Assembly: GCA_043228905.1 (NCBI GenBank) | Contig: JBHGNT010000011.1 | Span: forward strand, 16,058,001 to 16,122,000 | Direction of reading: 5' to 3' | From: Azolla caroliniana | Taxonomy: Eukaryota; Plantae; Polypodiophyta | DNA: 64,000 nucleotides | Part shown: piece by piece, positions 33,913 to 47,160 of the stretch | Layout: each line of letters opens with the position of its first letter | Position numbering within the stretch: position 1 is the stretch's first letter | Notes under the pieces: model-generated | The model's input: only the letters and a program-made list of their open reading frames with translations | Told to the model about the DNA's origin: nothing | Databases searched by the model: none | Position numbers and translations under genes: made by a program

Positions 33913-36900
33913 ATGAGTCTTCAATCGAAGACGTTGTTAAGACCTTTGGTCATACCTGACACTGATTCCGATAAAGAAATGGTGGAAGAAAAATACTCTA
34001 GATTTTTCAAACACTATAGCAAATTGAAAGAAGAAGATTACATGTTATCTCCAGCAAACCCTGCGAGATGGGAAGGTGCATCTAGCAGAGCACGATTTGG
34101 GCTCGATATTGGTGGCACACTTTGCAAAGTGGTTTATTTTGAACCATTCGATGACTTTGGCTCAGCCACCCCATTAAGCAGTACTGCTGGATTGTCAATG
34201 CCATATGTGTTTTCAAAAGGGCAAGAAAATTGTACTACAAGAAAGATGCCTATACATGAACCTGAACAAGGGCGGATTTTTCCGGAGATATCCTTAAGCA
34301 AGGGTGCTGAATCTTCCATTCCACGCATGTTTTTAGAAGGGCAAGAAAATTTTATTATAGGAAAGATGGCTATAAACGAGCAAGATCTATCGTCAGAACA
34401 GTGTTGCGTTCTATCAAGATCAAATGGTCGGTACGTCAATCAGGATAGCCACGAATTTGAAGGGAAAAATCATGTGCCTTCACTTGATGTATTGCAAGAT
34501 GAGCAAGGTATCAATGAAGAAACAATGAAAGTAGAGAGGAGCTTCCTTGTCCACGGTAGCAAACCAGTTTCTGGAATAGATAAAGTGTTTGATGGGATGG
34601 TGCATGATAATGAAAAGTGCGTTTCTGACTCTGAATACCTGAATCAAGTTCACAAGATATGGGTTTCAAGTCATGATCCGGTGATTTTACCTGGTCGTGG
34701 CACACTTCACTTCAAGTGCTTTGGTGTGTTATTATACTCGTACTGAAATGCTTTCTTTTACTTATTTCTTTGGGATCAATTATCATGAATAGAGGATTCT
34801 TTGTTTCTATATTTTTGGCAGAGACTTGGAGGATGGAAGAATTTCTATTTCTCACAAAGGAGCATAATCTCGTCACTGATAGAAGGGCTCTTGGAGCAAC
34901 TGGGTAGTAAATCATTGAGTTTAGAACATTTATTCATGCATTATGAATGAGAAGTGATTTGTTTAGTCATAATATTTATAAATGGTGCAGAGGAGGTGCA
35001 CGAAAATTTGGTAGACAATTTTTAGAGATTGCTGGCTTGCAGTTGGATCGTGCTGATGAACTTAAAAGGTTGGCAATATGTGTAAGATGTCATGATATAA
35101 ACTAACTATTTCTATTTCTTCGATTATGATTCATAATAGGCCATACTATATTATGCGATTGGCTCTTTCTTCCATTCTATTTGAAGCTTGGTTCGAGGCA
35201 TTGATTTTCTCATGAAGCATGCTCAACATGAGAGTTTTGAATATCTAAAAGGTTTGGTTTATGAATTATTTCTGTTTTCTCTAAAGAAATTTATTGATAC
35301 TTTCTTGACTTTTTCTCATTTTGCCAAAAAATATTTTCTTTTGAAATTTTCGGCAGCAGGTTCTTTCCAAGGGGGTGTAATCCAGAGACCTTTAATTTCC
35401 TCAGAGGATGGTAACAAGGAAAATATGTTGGAAGAAGGGAATTTGAATTCCATTGAACAGGTTGAAAATGACATATCTACCCTAGAAAAGAAAGATGATC
35501 TTCTCCATGAAATGGACAGAGTGAAGATAGAAACTTCTGTTCTCTCAAGAGGTCGGAACGGAAGTTTTAGTTGGCTAGGAGAAGAGAGGAAACTATATCC
35601 ATATATTGTTGTAAGTATGCACTCATATTAACTGAATTTTTCTCGATAAACGTGTTTGAAATATTTTATGTAGCAAAAAGAATCATTAATTCATAAGGGA
35701 TGTACGGCTTCAAAAATCATCTTGATTGCTTAATTTTTTTTATTTGATTACAGGTAAATATTGGTTCTGGGGTGAGTATCCTTCTTGTAGAATCGCCTGA
35801 GCAATTCAAGCGAGTTGGTGGTACAAGTCTTGGTGGGAGGTATAGCTTCAACCAAATGCTTCTCAATCCTTTCATATTTTACTTGCATAGTCAATCTAAT
35901 GATTATTTTTAAGTGTCACATTATGGACCTTTCATTTATATATGGCTTTTCTTTTACTTTTTTTGCAGTACTTTTTTTGGGTTGACATCAGTATTGACAG
36001 GCTGCTCAAGGTTAGTACCAATGTGAAGTTCTGTGATGTTCTCACACTTATATTTGTCCAGTTATATATGTTTATTCTTGACTCAATCAATTGTTAACTA
36101 TGATAAAAATTCACAAAACTACTGGCAACACAGAGACACTGTACCTGTGAACCTGAAACACATGTCCAGATGCTGCAAGCAACTGGACAGCAAGAAACCT
36201 ATGAACCATATCCTCCAAATTAGAAAGCTATTCTGCAGATGAAATACATACCACTAGAAACATTATGCTTCTGTCTCTCTCTTTCGTTTACCTGGGGCGA
36301 AATTTCCAATTCCTTTTATTGTATATGAGATGTTTTTGTGCAAGTTAATACTACCCCTCGTAGATGTAGTGACGGTTGATGAGTGCAAAGATATCTGCAT
36401 GAGATGTGTGCTTTAAAACACCATTGCCCAAAAACCAACTTTGTTCTCTCTCTGTCTTCCATAAAGAGATTTATGTCATTTATTGAAGAATCATAGAATC
36501 ATGAAGCAACTAACACATGATCCTTAAAAACACTAGCAATTTGTGGAGCTTCATCCGTCACATCGCTAAAAGCATCAATGATTAAGCTTTCTTTTTCTTA
36601 TTGGAGAAGTTTTATAATTGGGGCAATCTAAGATATCATTCCCAGCTATTATGGTAATAATTATACTGCTTATTGTGCAACTACCAACTTGTATAGATAG
36701 GCTAATTAGAAGATGATGTGTCCCATTGCCTGCATCTTGCTCCCTAGATTCTGAGCTAAAACTGCCTTTATTGTGAGAGTCTTGAACTCTTGTACCTCCA
36801 CAAATTCGTTCATGTAGTTGCAAACCCAAATCCAGGGATGCACTAAAGCCAGTTACAATGCAAGAGGTCATAAAGGTACAAAATAAAGGAAAGTGCATGG

Positions 36901-38106
36901 AGAATGTACAACAAGAACAAGCGCAAGAACAAGAACTGAGGATCTTCTTCAAAGAAAATATGGGCTAGTGTTGGTATATCCCTGCAAATTGGATGTATCA
37001 TATATCCATAATCAGTTCCATTCAGCCATTAAGCTAAGGGAGCTGTCGTGGATATCCTCACATTTAACAGAGTGAGAGAACTTGTATTCTATGGTCAATT
37101 GTTGACCTCTTTGTTTTCTTTCATTTCTTTCTTAACATCTCGGATTTTTTAAATAGCTATTTGTTATAGATTCCCCCACCCCCCCCTTATCAACGGCGGT
37201 CATGTGACTTCATGATTTGTGGCATTGTGACATCTGTTTTGTATGACTGAAAGCCATACTTCATACCCTAATTTCTGAAGGCCGAGAAATATCACTGTTA
37301 AATATTTCATCACAAAATGTATATGCTGAGAATGTGGTTTCAGTCAGAAACATTCATTCCTCAGAGTGGTTAAGCTGAAACATCTGACTGAAATAGCCAT
37401 ACTATATCTGTGTGTGTGCGCGCATCATATAGAAGAGAAAACCATATTCAAACACACGTTTTCTAGCATTCTTCAGTTATGATAGGCAATTCTACTATGA
37501 TATTCTTCTAATATTCATGGCTTTTAAGAAATCATTAATGCGAGGGTAGAAATTGGTGCTCTTGCTGTTCAAACAAATTGGTTAGGGTGATCATGGTTTT
37601 TTGTCCACCTGAATTGAGATTACACCCTTCCCTGTGACAACAGACTGTGAATTGACGAAGTGGTTGACACACTACCTGCCTCTTTTGCTCACCTGGTTTA
37701 TTTTCATTCCTTCGCTGTACACGAAACTTCCTTGAAGACTTGGCTGAAGCTCTAGCCAAGATAGAGAGAAAGTATACCAAAGAATGAATAGTTAATAATT
37801 AGCATGAAAGTAGTTGCTTGGAATTTTATTTGGTGCTTCTATCGCAGTTTACATTACATGAATTAAGGCATGTACTCCAAAATTGTTTGGATGGTTTATG
37901 TGTACAACACAAATATCAAAGCAGGGCCTTGTTCATTTATTCATCTTCATAGATAAGAAATATTTGCTATGCAAGATGTTAGAGAGAAGATTCCTATGTT
38001 TATTTAGGAATGGTTTCCTTTAGTGGTGATCAAGAGGGATCTACATCTTCATTTTATTGTGATAGAAATCATGTATAAAGGTGAGGTTATTTGGCAATTA
38101 TATATG

Positions 38107-38137
<31 letters not shown>

Positions 38138-40139
38138 ACATATATTAAGTGCTACACACATGCATGTAATTATGCACAAGAGTGCTGTAGGCTTTGTGAA
38201 AACCATGACCCAAAGTCTTAACAATGGTCCACCATATTTCTAATGGGGCAAGTTTCATGTGCTCAAGTCAAATCAGTCAACCTCCCAAGCTTGGGAGTTC
38301 ATTTAGCTGAGATGTCTTGAAATCAGATATATGAGAGTAGATTCATGGATCCACACTGTACTTTATAATCCACACAAAGATTGGTCTACCTGAACTAGAC
38401 TCGGTAAAATGTATTTGTGGAAGTGTTGGGTATTTCCATGGACCATGCACAAACACTTTTTGAATGAAGTTAGCCATGCATGAAATAAATTAAAGATCTT
38501 GACTAAACTTCCTTTCAGGTTCAACGTGCTTTTCTTATTGACAAGAATTTACTTCAAGTTGTTTCATATTTTAGCGACCATGTGTGTACTTGGGGATTCA
38601 ATGCTCGGGATCTGTATTTTCTGAAAAGTTGTTGCGACAGTATGATATATCATGCTACTCTATGCCAATAGTGATAATGAAAGGACTGATGCTATCATGA
38701 AGCTTCTCATATGAACAACTTTTAGAGATACTTACACCACGCCTCAAAATTTGAAGGATTTCAACACATAATTATTTAAAGAGGAAAGTTCGTTCAGTAA
38801 TTTTCGAAAGGACTTGACTTTTGACACATGGTTACCATAATCCCTCCATCTAAGTTTGTAAGGTACCATGATGGAGATTAGAAATTCACGTGTTCCACCC
38901 CTATATTTTGCATGGTCATCAAGTAAATTAAATGGAACTTGACCCAAGTACAGCGTATCTATATGGTGTCGCTCTAGAGAGACTGACATCGAAACATAGA
39001 TTATTGAGCATTTTCAAGTTTTAATGATTTGTAGCTTCGAGGAGGCGATAGACCTTGCAGCAGAGGGCGATTCTACTGAGATCGACATGCTCGTAGGTGA
39101 CATCTATGGTAAGTAATGAAAAGTTTGCAACGGCCAATTTAGAAACTTGCAGCTCATATGATAATTTTAATAGAATTGTGATTAGGTGGGGACTATTCTG
39201 AAATGGACCTTGCTGCAACAACAGTTGCAAGCTCCTTTGGAAAGGTGATTCCTAACGCACATGAGATGTTCTCTGCTTAAATCATGTGAATATTCAAGCT
39301 ACCAAAATTATGTATGAAACTTATTTTCTTATTTTCATGTACATTGAAGTGCAGCTTGTACATCCAACAAGGAGGGCCGCAGCTATGGAAACACCACAAC
39401 ATTTGGCTAAAGCAGCTCTGCTTATGATTACCAATAATATTGGATCACTTGCTAAGCTACATGCACAGGCTACAGGTGTGGAGAATGTGTTGTTCACTGG
39501 CAGTTTTATGCATGGAAACAAGGTAACAGTTCGATTACCACAAAAAGATTCCTCTTAAATAAGTGTTATTTTTCTCCGATCGACTTTTAACGTTTTCCCT
39601 TAATGCAATTTTTTGTTATCTTCCTCTGAATGGTTTTCGCCCCTCTTAATGGGGGTTTATCCTCTTCTCTTGAGTGTTTTTCTTCTCTTTGTAGAGGAAC
39701 ATCTTTTTGTTTCCTCTTTAACTATTTTGCCAACTAGAGTAAAGAATGAGGAGGTAGGGCTCCAACCTCTGGCTTTTAGGTCTAGAGGCTGAAACATTGT
39801 CTTATATGAAACGTATATTCAAACAACGCTTCAATGTACCATTGAGGGTAATCATAGGCTTTGTTTCTCTCTGAGGTACATCAGTTGGCAATGAGGTTAC
39901 TTTCTGTAGCCATGGAATTCTGGTCAAAAGGGCAAATCAAGGTATGACAGGACTCGTGAGGTTTTTTGTCTTAATCCATACTTCATGAAAAATTGTATGT
40001 GTACTAATTGACCACACAATCTTTTTTGTGCGATAAGGCTACGTTTTTGAGGCATGAGGGTCATGCTGGTGCCATGGGAGCATTGCTTAATGCACTGGAT
40101 CCTTCAAATCAAACTGATTCCTTACTTTTAGGGTCGTGA
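33913..40139 (+). CDS. PANK: Type II (eukaryotic) pantothenate kinase, about 624 aa, 12 exons: 33913-34723, 34822-34903, 34991-35068, 35187-35251, 35360-35610, 35754-35839, 35969-36010, 39035-39108, 39186-39244, 39355-39522, 39885-39941, 40038-40139
   Basis: Motifs FGLDIGGTLCKVVYFEP, ATGGGA, DELKSLVRG, YPYIVVNIGSGVSIL, RVGGTSLGG, GDS..IDMLVGDIYGGDY, VASSFGK, ITNNIG and FWSKGQIKATFLRHEG. Introns are GT-AG with consistent phases. Confidence 0.9.
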
Positions 40140-43100
40140 TCCCCTCTCAAGTTGGAAAGTATTATATAAATAAGACAACAGGCCATTTATCTTGTTGTAC
40201 ATGATCCTATTTCTCAACTTGGTGTACCATGAATAAGACGACGACCTTGTATCTATATATTATCCGTGTTTCTAAATCTATATGCAGGTAGTGATTCCAA
40301 TAACTTCCACATTGGGCATCCTAATTCTTTTCTTACTAATCATGTACCTACCAACTCAGAAGGTATGAGAATCAACTCAAGGTTGATTTTTAATATAATA
40401 TGTACTTCATAGAGGCTATATAAAGGGCAAGCAAATCTTCACTGGCCCCATTTTATTGTCCCTTGTATAGGGTATATTTTAGGAGAATGTAAACATTTTA
40501 ACTAATGAAAGATGTTGAAATTGCTACACAATTCAAGCAACTCATTAAGTTGTGAATGTTCTGATTGGAATTTGGATTAGCCAAGTGAGTGTAGGTGCTG
40601 GCTAAAAATAAAAATCTGTAATGAAGGTACTAATGTTTGTGTAGTGGTGGAACACTTGTAGCTACATTTGGAGCAATGGAGATAACTCAATCCTTTTGAC
40701 AACAAAGCATTTTCTAGCATATCATGAAAAATTAGATGTTTAAATACACATGCCTAAGAAACATTGTCAAGATCAAGCAAGATATAGGAGCTTGACCTTG
40801 CTTGTCGATGTTTGGTGTTGCACATTCTCATTCTCATTTATAATTGTCGCCAATGCTTATAATTTATTGCTTTTATTCTCATTGTCTAATTAGTTTTAAA
40901 AGTTTTACACATCATTTTGTCATATTGTTCATTGCAAATATTTTCTTGTTGTGGTTTTTGTTGAGTACTTTTTGTTGGAATTACTTACCACATGTTTCTT
41001 GGGTCTCGAAAAGGAAACTTGTGGTAATTGACTTTTTGTTATCTGATAGCTTTCACACATTAGAGCTCCAAGTTTTAATGATAATGAACTTACACGTTGG
41101 TAGAACAAGTCACATATGTTTGGTTACATAAGGTTATGTGATGATCCAAAGGATTGTGTTTTAGCCCATTCATGGAGTATATATCCTAACCCAAAGTATA
41201 ACAAGGTGAATAGATGGGATAAGGCAATGACGATATAGCTTGAAGTACAAGGCATTGAGAGCGGTGATAGGAATAGACCAAAATGTTTCACCCTACAAAC
41301 ATATATAGGTTTTCATTATGGATGGTCAAAATGTGTACATCTAAAATGTAAATACCGTCATAAACCTATTACATAATTCTTTGTTTCAACGTTTAGTTTG
41401 TTGATTTTGAGCAATTGTGTAATAAATTAGTCACAATAGAAGCTTCCTTCAAGAAAAATATCCCAAAAAGAACAAGGATTATATTTAGTCGAATAAGATG
41501 TCAAAGAGTGAGCAAAAAAGACTTAATACTAATCACAAATGAAAGAAAACCATTAGGGGAGCTCCAAATAGTCTCAAACCACCACATCAGTGGATATATT
41601 ATCCAATTTGATTGACCTTCTAAACATCACATGTTTTTGGGCTTGGAACCACTTGTTTATAAATAAAGAATAAAATTTGGACGTACTAGTGAGTGATATA
41701 CTACATTTGAACCTACATTATTCATCCATTGTGTATGTAACGACACAATGTGTTGGCATACGAGAACAATTGACATTGGGCATTGCAAAATTATAGCTTG
41801 TATGTTGGCACAATACCCAAGGCTTTTATTGATTGCTCAATCGAAATACAAAGCACAAAACATCATTGGCTCAACTTATAGCTGTAAAATCCATTGTAGC
41901 ATGGATAGAAATACCATTGATTTGATATCTTTTGTAAAGTAACACCTCAAGTAGTAAGTGCATAAGAATGATCAAATCAAGTCACAAAGAAAATCTTTTT
42001 CGAACATTCATGACTCTTTAAGGCTTTTTTGTGTAGGAAGGAGAATGCCTTGACAACTTGTACCATTTGGTTTGGTATTAGTTGCTTACAATATTGGAAA
42101 ACTCTGAAATATCTTTCAATTTCTCTTTATTTGCCCATATGCCCTTCAAATTTTTATTATGTCTCCCAAAGTACCTTTGGTTAAAGTCTGAGTGCGAAAA
42201 AGGCGATCAATTGTCCATATAATTGGCCTTTGAAAAGTTGACAAAGATTATTTTGGGAAATACATAATGACTTGGGAGAATAAAAAAATTTATAACTAAA
42301 TTTAGCATTTTTATTCAAGTTTTTTTTTCTTGACATTAATAAAGCATTTATAGTTTTTCTTTACATTAGCGCCAACAAAAATTTATGATAATATAATCCC
42401 ACCAAGATTTCTCTATGTTTAGATTTTATCATTGGTTTTTAAAGGGCAATGCTACCGTTTTGTCTCCATTAGTGTCGAAAGAATGTTGATGTTAATGTTA
42501 TAATGCCATTCTTTTCGGAGCATACTATTATTGTGCATGTTCATGCTTTATCTCAAACCAAAATTGTGAAGAACTTTTATTATAAACAAAAAACGTCATG
42601 AACCCCTAATGTCCCCATTGCTTAAGACTTGATCCCACATCCTTGAGCCATTGCAAAGCACTAGCTTCATAACCACCCTATCACATTAATATTTTGGAAT
42701 ACTAGACCTTCAAATTATTGTAGAAACATATAAAGCTTCTCGTACATGTAATGCACAAAGCCAATTCTTTCACATCCTAGATAGCATGTAATATCTTGTT
42801 TTATAATTTATTTTTTTGCTTCCATGCTTCTATACCCTTTACATTTGGTGAAAGTCCATGATGTAAGTAAAATAAGTCTTAGATATAGATTTAATTTATT
42901 GTTTGCTTTTGAATGTCAATGCCTACTTTACTTACTATTCGCTAGATGGGTGTACCTTTTGACTATATATGTGGGTAACAAGTCTTAAACATGTTATCCA
43001 TTTTCTCGTTTATCTTTCTCGAACTTAGCTCCTTGAAATCTTATTGGAGATGCCCATAAACCAGGCTTTACATTGATATCATAAATGAATGGGAATAGCT

Positions 43101-43225
43101 GCTCTTATCAAGCATAGGCTTTCTACTTATTGTATCGTTGTAGGTATCAAGATAATTACAATAACTTGGAAAGCCACTAGCGACTAACGTTACAATTTTG
43201 CTTATTTGAAAGCTTTTGTACCATT

Positions 43226-43490
43226 TACACAAATTGTTGGTTCCTCTTAATGTCGTATTGTGTGGATCTTTTTGTTACTACTCAAAAAATGGACACACAC
43301 CAAAACATTTGTAGTATTTATACAAAATGTTGGTTACTCCTAATGTCATATCTTGTGGATCTTTCCGGTAGTACTTTTCAATTTCTTATCCATTACTAAT
43401 TAGTGAGATGTGCTACTTTGGAATACTACTTGTATAATTTATCCAAAATGTTGGCACCTCTTAATGTCATATCTTGCTAATCTTTCTTTG
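43226..43490. repeat. Degenerate direct repeats of a ~46-bp core, 3 copies
   Basis: TA.ACAAA.TGTTGG...CTC.TAATGTC.TAT.TTG..GATCTTT near 43226, 43319 and 43440. Confidence 0.6.
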
Positions 43491-45050
43491 ATGCTCGATA
43501 AGGAAGTAATAATGCTTCAATATTTTATTTGTGTACACAAAATTTAAGCAACATGTGCTATTTTGAAATAATATTTTGTCTAATATGCAATGCATACGCA
43601 CACATGCACGCATGCTCCTATATATATACACCTTGCATATTTGGGGAAATGGCAACAAGTTTTATTGCTACGTTTTTTGCTTGAGACTTGATCCAGTGAC
43701 AAACACAAATGTTAGGAACTTGTACAACACATGTATTACTATGTTATTATCTTTGGGTAAACAATAGTTAGGTTTTCTAATGTTTTAGATCTATAAATAA
43801 TCGGAAACATCTAAAGCATCAACGAAGTATAAAAACAGTGCTTTCACATTGTGGATCTATAAAGCTAGGTGTCTAAAGAAGATGCGTTCACATTGATGCA
43901 ATATTTCTTAAAACAATCGAGATTTCTTGCTTTATGATCTTGTTGTTTTTCTTCTTGTCAAATTGAAATCATGCATGGGTTCCTTTCTTTTATTCAAAAT
44001 TTCACTTATTTTGCTAGAAATATGCTAACATAATGATGTCTTTCCCCGCCCACCAATTATGCACCATGATATTCCAATTTTAAGCTTACCTTCACCCTCA
44101 AGACATGTCCAAAAGTCTAACCAAAAGAAAGCAAAAGGACCAATGGAGCAAATTGTCAACCTTTTATGAATGTGTGATTGCTTTGCCGACAACTTACCTA
44201 GATTAATCAAGTAATCGGAACATTCTAGTGATGAATAAAATAGTTTGGGAAATATATGTGTGGACCATGAAAGAACTAACATAAACTATCTTAATCAATA
44301 AAGAGGGTGCGTATAAGCTTGTGAAACCTTCATTGCAGGATTTGGGAATAAAGGATAATGTATTAGCTCATTTATTGGCACATGATGCGGAACTCATAAA
44401 CTACCTTTTCATCAACTAATCAAAATGTGTGGTAGTTTATATTTTCAGGCTCCATTTATCAATATGAACGCCTTATATAAATCATAAATGCAAAGGCTTT
44501 GGGTTTTGGCATACTTAAGAAATTTCACTTACATGGAATTATTAGACAAGCAAGAATTAGGTGTACAAGAAGAATATATATATGTGTGTGTGTGTGTGCA
44601 TACTTATGTCTATGACAACCACTAAAATGATGCATTATATATATAGCATGTTTCTTTAAAGCTAGTAAAGATTACAATTTAGGTTTTTGAGGACAGACTT
44701 GGATAAAGATATGTACTATATATGTAGCTATCTTTTTTCCTCATGAACACCACATGGCACAAACATTTCACTCTTGTAGGATTTGCGTCGTGCCTAGTTG
44801 CCTTTACAATTATCAAACATTATCTTGCTTTGTTTAGACTCGGCTTAGTGGTAAAACTTCATGAAAAGCAAATGTGCCTAACATAAACTCATTGTTGTGG
44901 GAAGAAAATCAAGTCAACGCATTGTTTTCTGCGATAATCAAATGGGATAATAATTTGTTCATATGAAAAGTTTACATGCTCTAAAAGGTCACATATCATG
45001 CAAAGGAGCACCAACCATGTAGTCTATTAGCATATTATAAGCACTCGGTC

Positions 45051-45615
45051 ATCCACTTGTGTCATTCACCTTTTATCCACTCATCTTCGTCACTTATTTC
45101 TTGCCAAAGTGCTCTTTCATCTTTGCTTTTGACCATCGTGCCATTTAGAGAATGATATAGAATAAGCGACGACCATGTTTAGTCGACATTATAAATTTGT
45201 GACAACATGCATCACATGCCACCTTATATGCTAGTATCTCAAATCCACTCGTGTCATTCACCTTCAATCCACTCATCTTCACTTATTTCTTGCCAAAGTG
45301 CTCTTTCATCTTTGCTTTTGACCATCGTGCCATTTAGAGAATGATATAGAATAAGCGATGACCATGTTTAGCCGACATTATAAATTTGTGACAACATGCA
45401 TCACATGCCACCTTATATGCTAGATATCTCAAATCCACTTGTGTCATTAGCCTTCAATCCACTCTTTTGTGTCACTTGTTTCTTGCCAAAGTGCTCTTTC
45501 ATCTTTGCTTTTGACCATCGTGCCATTTATAGAATGATATAGAATAAGCGACGACCATGTTTAGTCGACATTATAAAATTGTGACAACATGCATCACATG
45601 CATCACATGCATCAC
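45051..45615. repeat. Tandem repeat of about 190 bp, 3 near-identical copies
   Basis: Units start ATCCACT(T/C)GTGTCATT at 45051, 45243 and 45433. Confidence 0.92.
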
Positions 45616-46199
45616 GGTCTTTCTTCTATCTCACAAGGTTTGCATGTACCACAATAGGTTGGGCACAACTAGAATATATGAGTGGAAAGCATAGGAAATT
45701 TTGACGATCATTCTAAAAAAATATAAAATAACTTAATAAATGTTTAGTTATTCAGCACACAACCTTACAATATTGATCCAAATATGAAACTTTTCAAGAT
45801 GAATGTTATGTTCTTCTATTTTGCAAAGAATTTGATGTGTTTATTGTCGAGCATTCATTTTCTTTACCTTATGGGATCACTCATATGATCAAAGGAAAAT
45901 TATGGACAATTATATAAGTCTCACCTTGAAGAGATGAACCAATCATTAAAATGACCAAAAGTCTTATTACAATATAACTTTAGCCACAACAACATAACAT
46001 TGGCTCTCTGCCCGAACCATCCAAAATTTAATCTTCCCTCCACACATACCCTTGCTTTATTCCTAGGTTTTATATACAAGCTATACATTGACCCCGGGCT
46101 TCTACATACATATGTATATTTTTCATGTTGGACTACCGTAGTCCTTAGTACATCCCCATTGTTGAAATATTTACATCCTCAAAAACAAATCTAGAAGAT

Positions 46200-47160
46200 C
46201 TTTTATGACATGTAGATTTTTCTTTCCAAGTAGTGATTGTCTGGATTGAGTGATAAATAGGACATTTGAGTACATACTTGTAAGATCATTGCACATGAAA
46301 AGTCAATAACATTTGTTAGTCATACAACTTAGCCCAATAGTTGCTTGTGATGTGAGCAAAGGATAAATCGTGGTTGACTAATTTACCTATCGAGCTTTTT
46401 GGCCCTTCAAATCTGTTCCATGCAAATCACTTAACCTTTTTGTCGTCAACAATTTTTCAAATGTAGTATTATACAAATAACGAGGCCATTGTAATTCAAG
46501 GGAATGAATAATTGCAAATAACTAATACCCATAAGGTGAAGAACTTTGTCAAGCTTTATTTTCAACATTTGTCTTTCAACACTATGTCTCTCATTTTAGA
46601 GTAATGGCATTCATGTCGTGAAAGTACTTGCATATGTTTCCTACACACGTATAGGTTATAAACTTATGGGTATCCACGAAAGATAACAATGGAGCCATAA
46701 TATAGCTTTCTTAAGCATCTCAATATTGTTAATGTGTTGTAAATGATTTAGTTAACAATATTGAGATCCTTAGTACATCCCTTGCTCATTATCATTTAGT
46801 TGTTCATTAGGATTGGGATGTTTGATTAATCGCAAATAAGCTTACAATTATGTCCCACCGACCCAATAAACATTTACAAGCCTTTCCAAGTTCGAAGAAG
46901 AGGGCCACTCAACAATTGCGTTGACCATAACTGAATCCGTGTCATTGTAAGAGGACACATTATGGCCCAAATATTGAACTTTGTCTTGGAAAACATCATA
47001 TAAATCTTAACGTACACCAATTCAACCAAAAGCAAATGAAGGACCGTTTACACATGCTCCAAATGGGATTCAATCAATGGACTAAAGATGAGAACATGTA
47101 GTCCAAGAGTACGATGACAAACTTCTCAAAGTATTATCTAAGTACACTATCATGTTTCGC
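46200..47160 (-). mobile_element. Highly decayed Ty3/Gypsy pol remnant
   Basis: Minus-strand fragments EKFVIVLLD..LIFS...SHLEHV.TVL (the FV.VYLDDILIFS RT motif) and FQDKVQYLGHNVS, with many stops and frameshifts. Confidence 0.6.
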
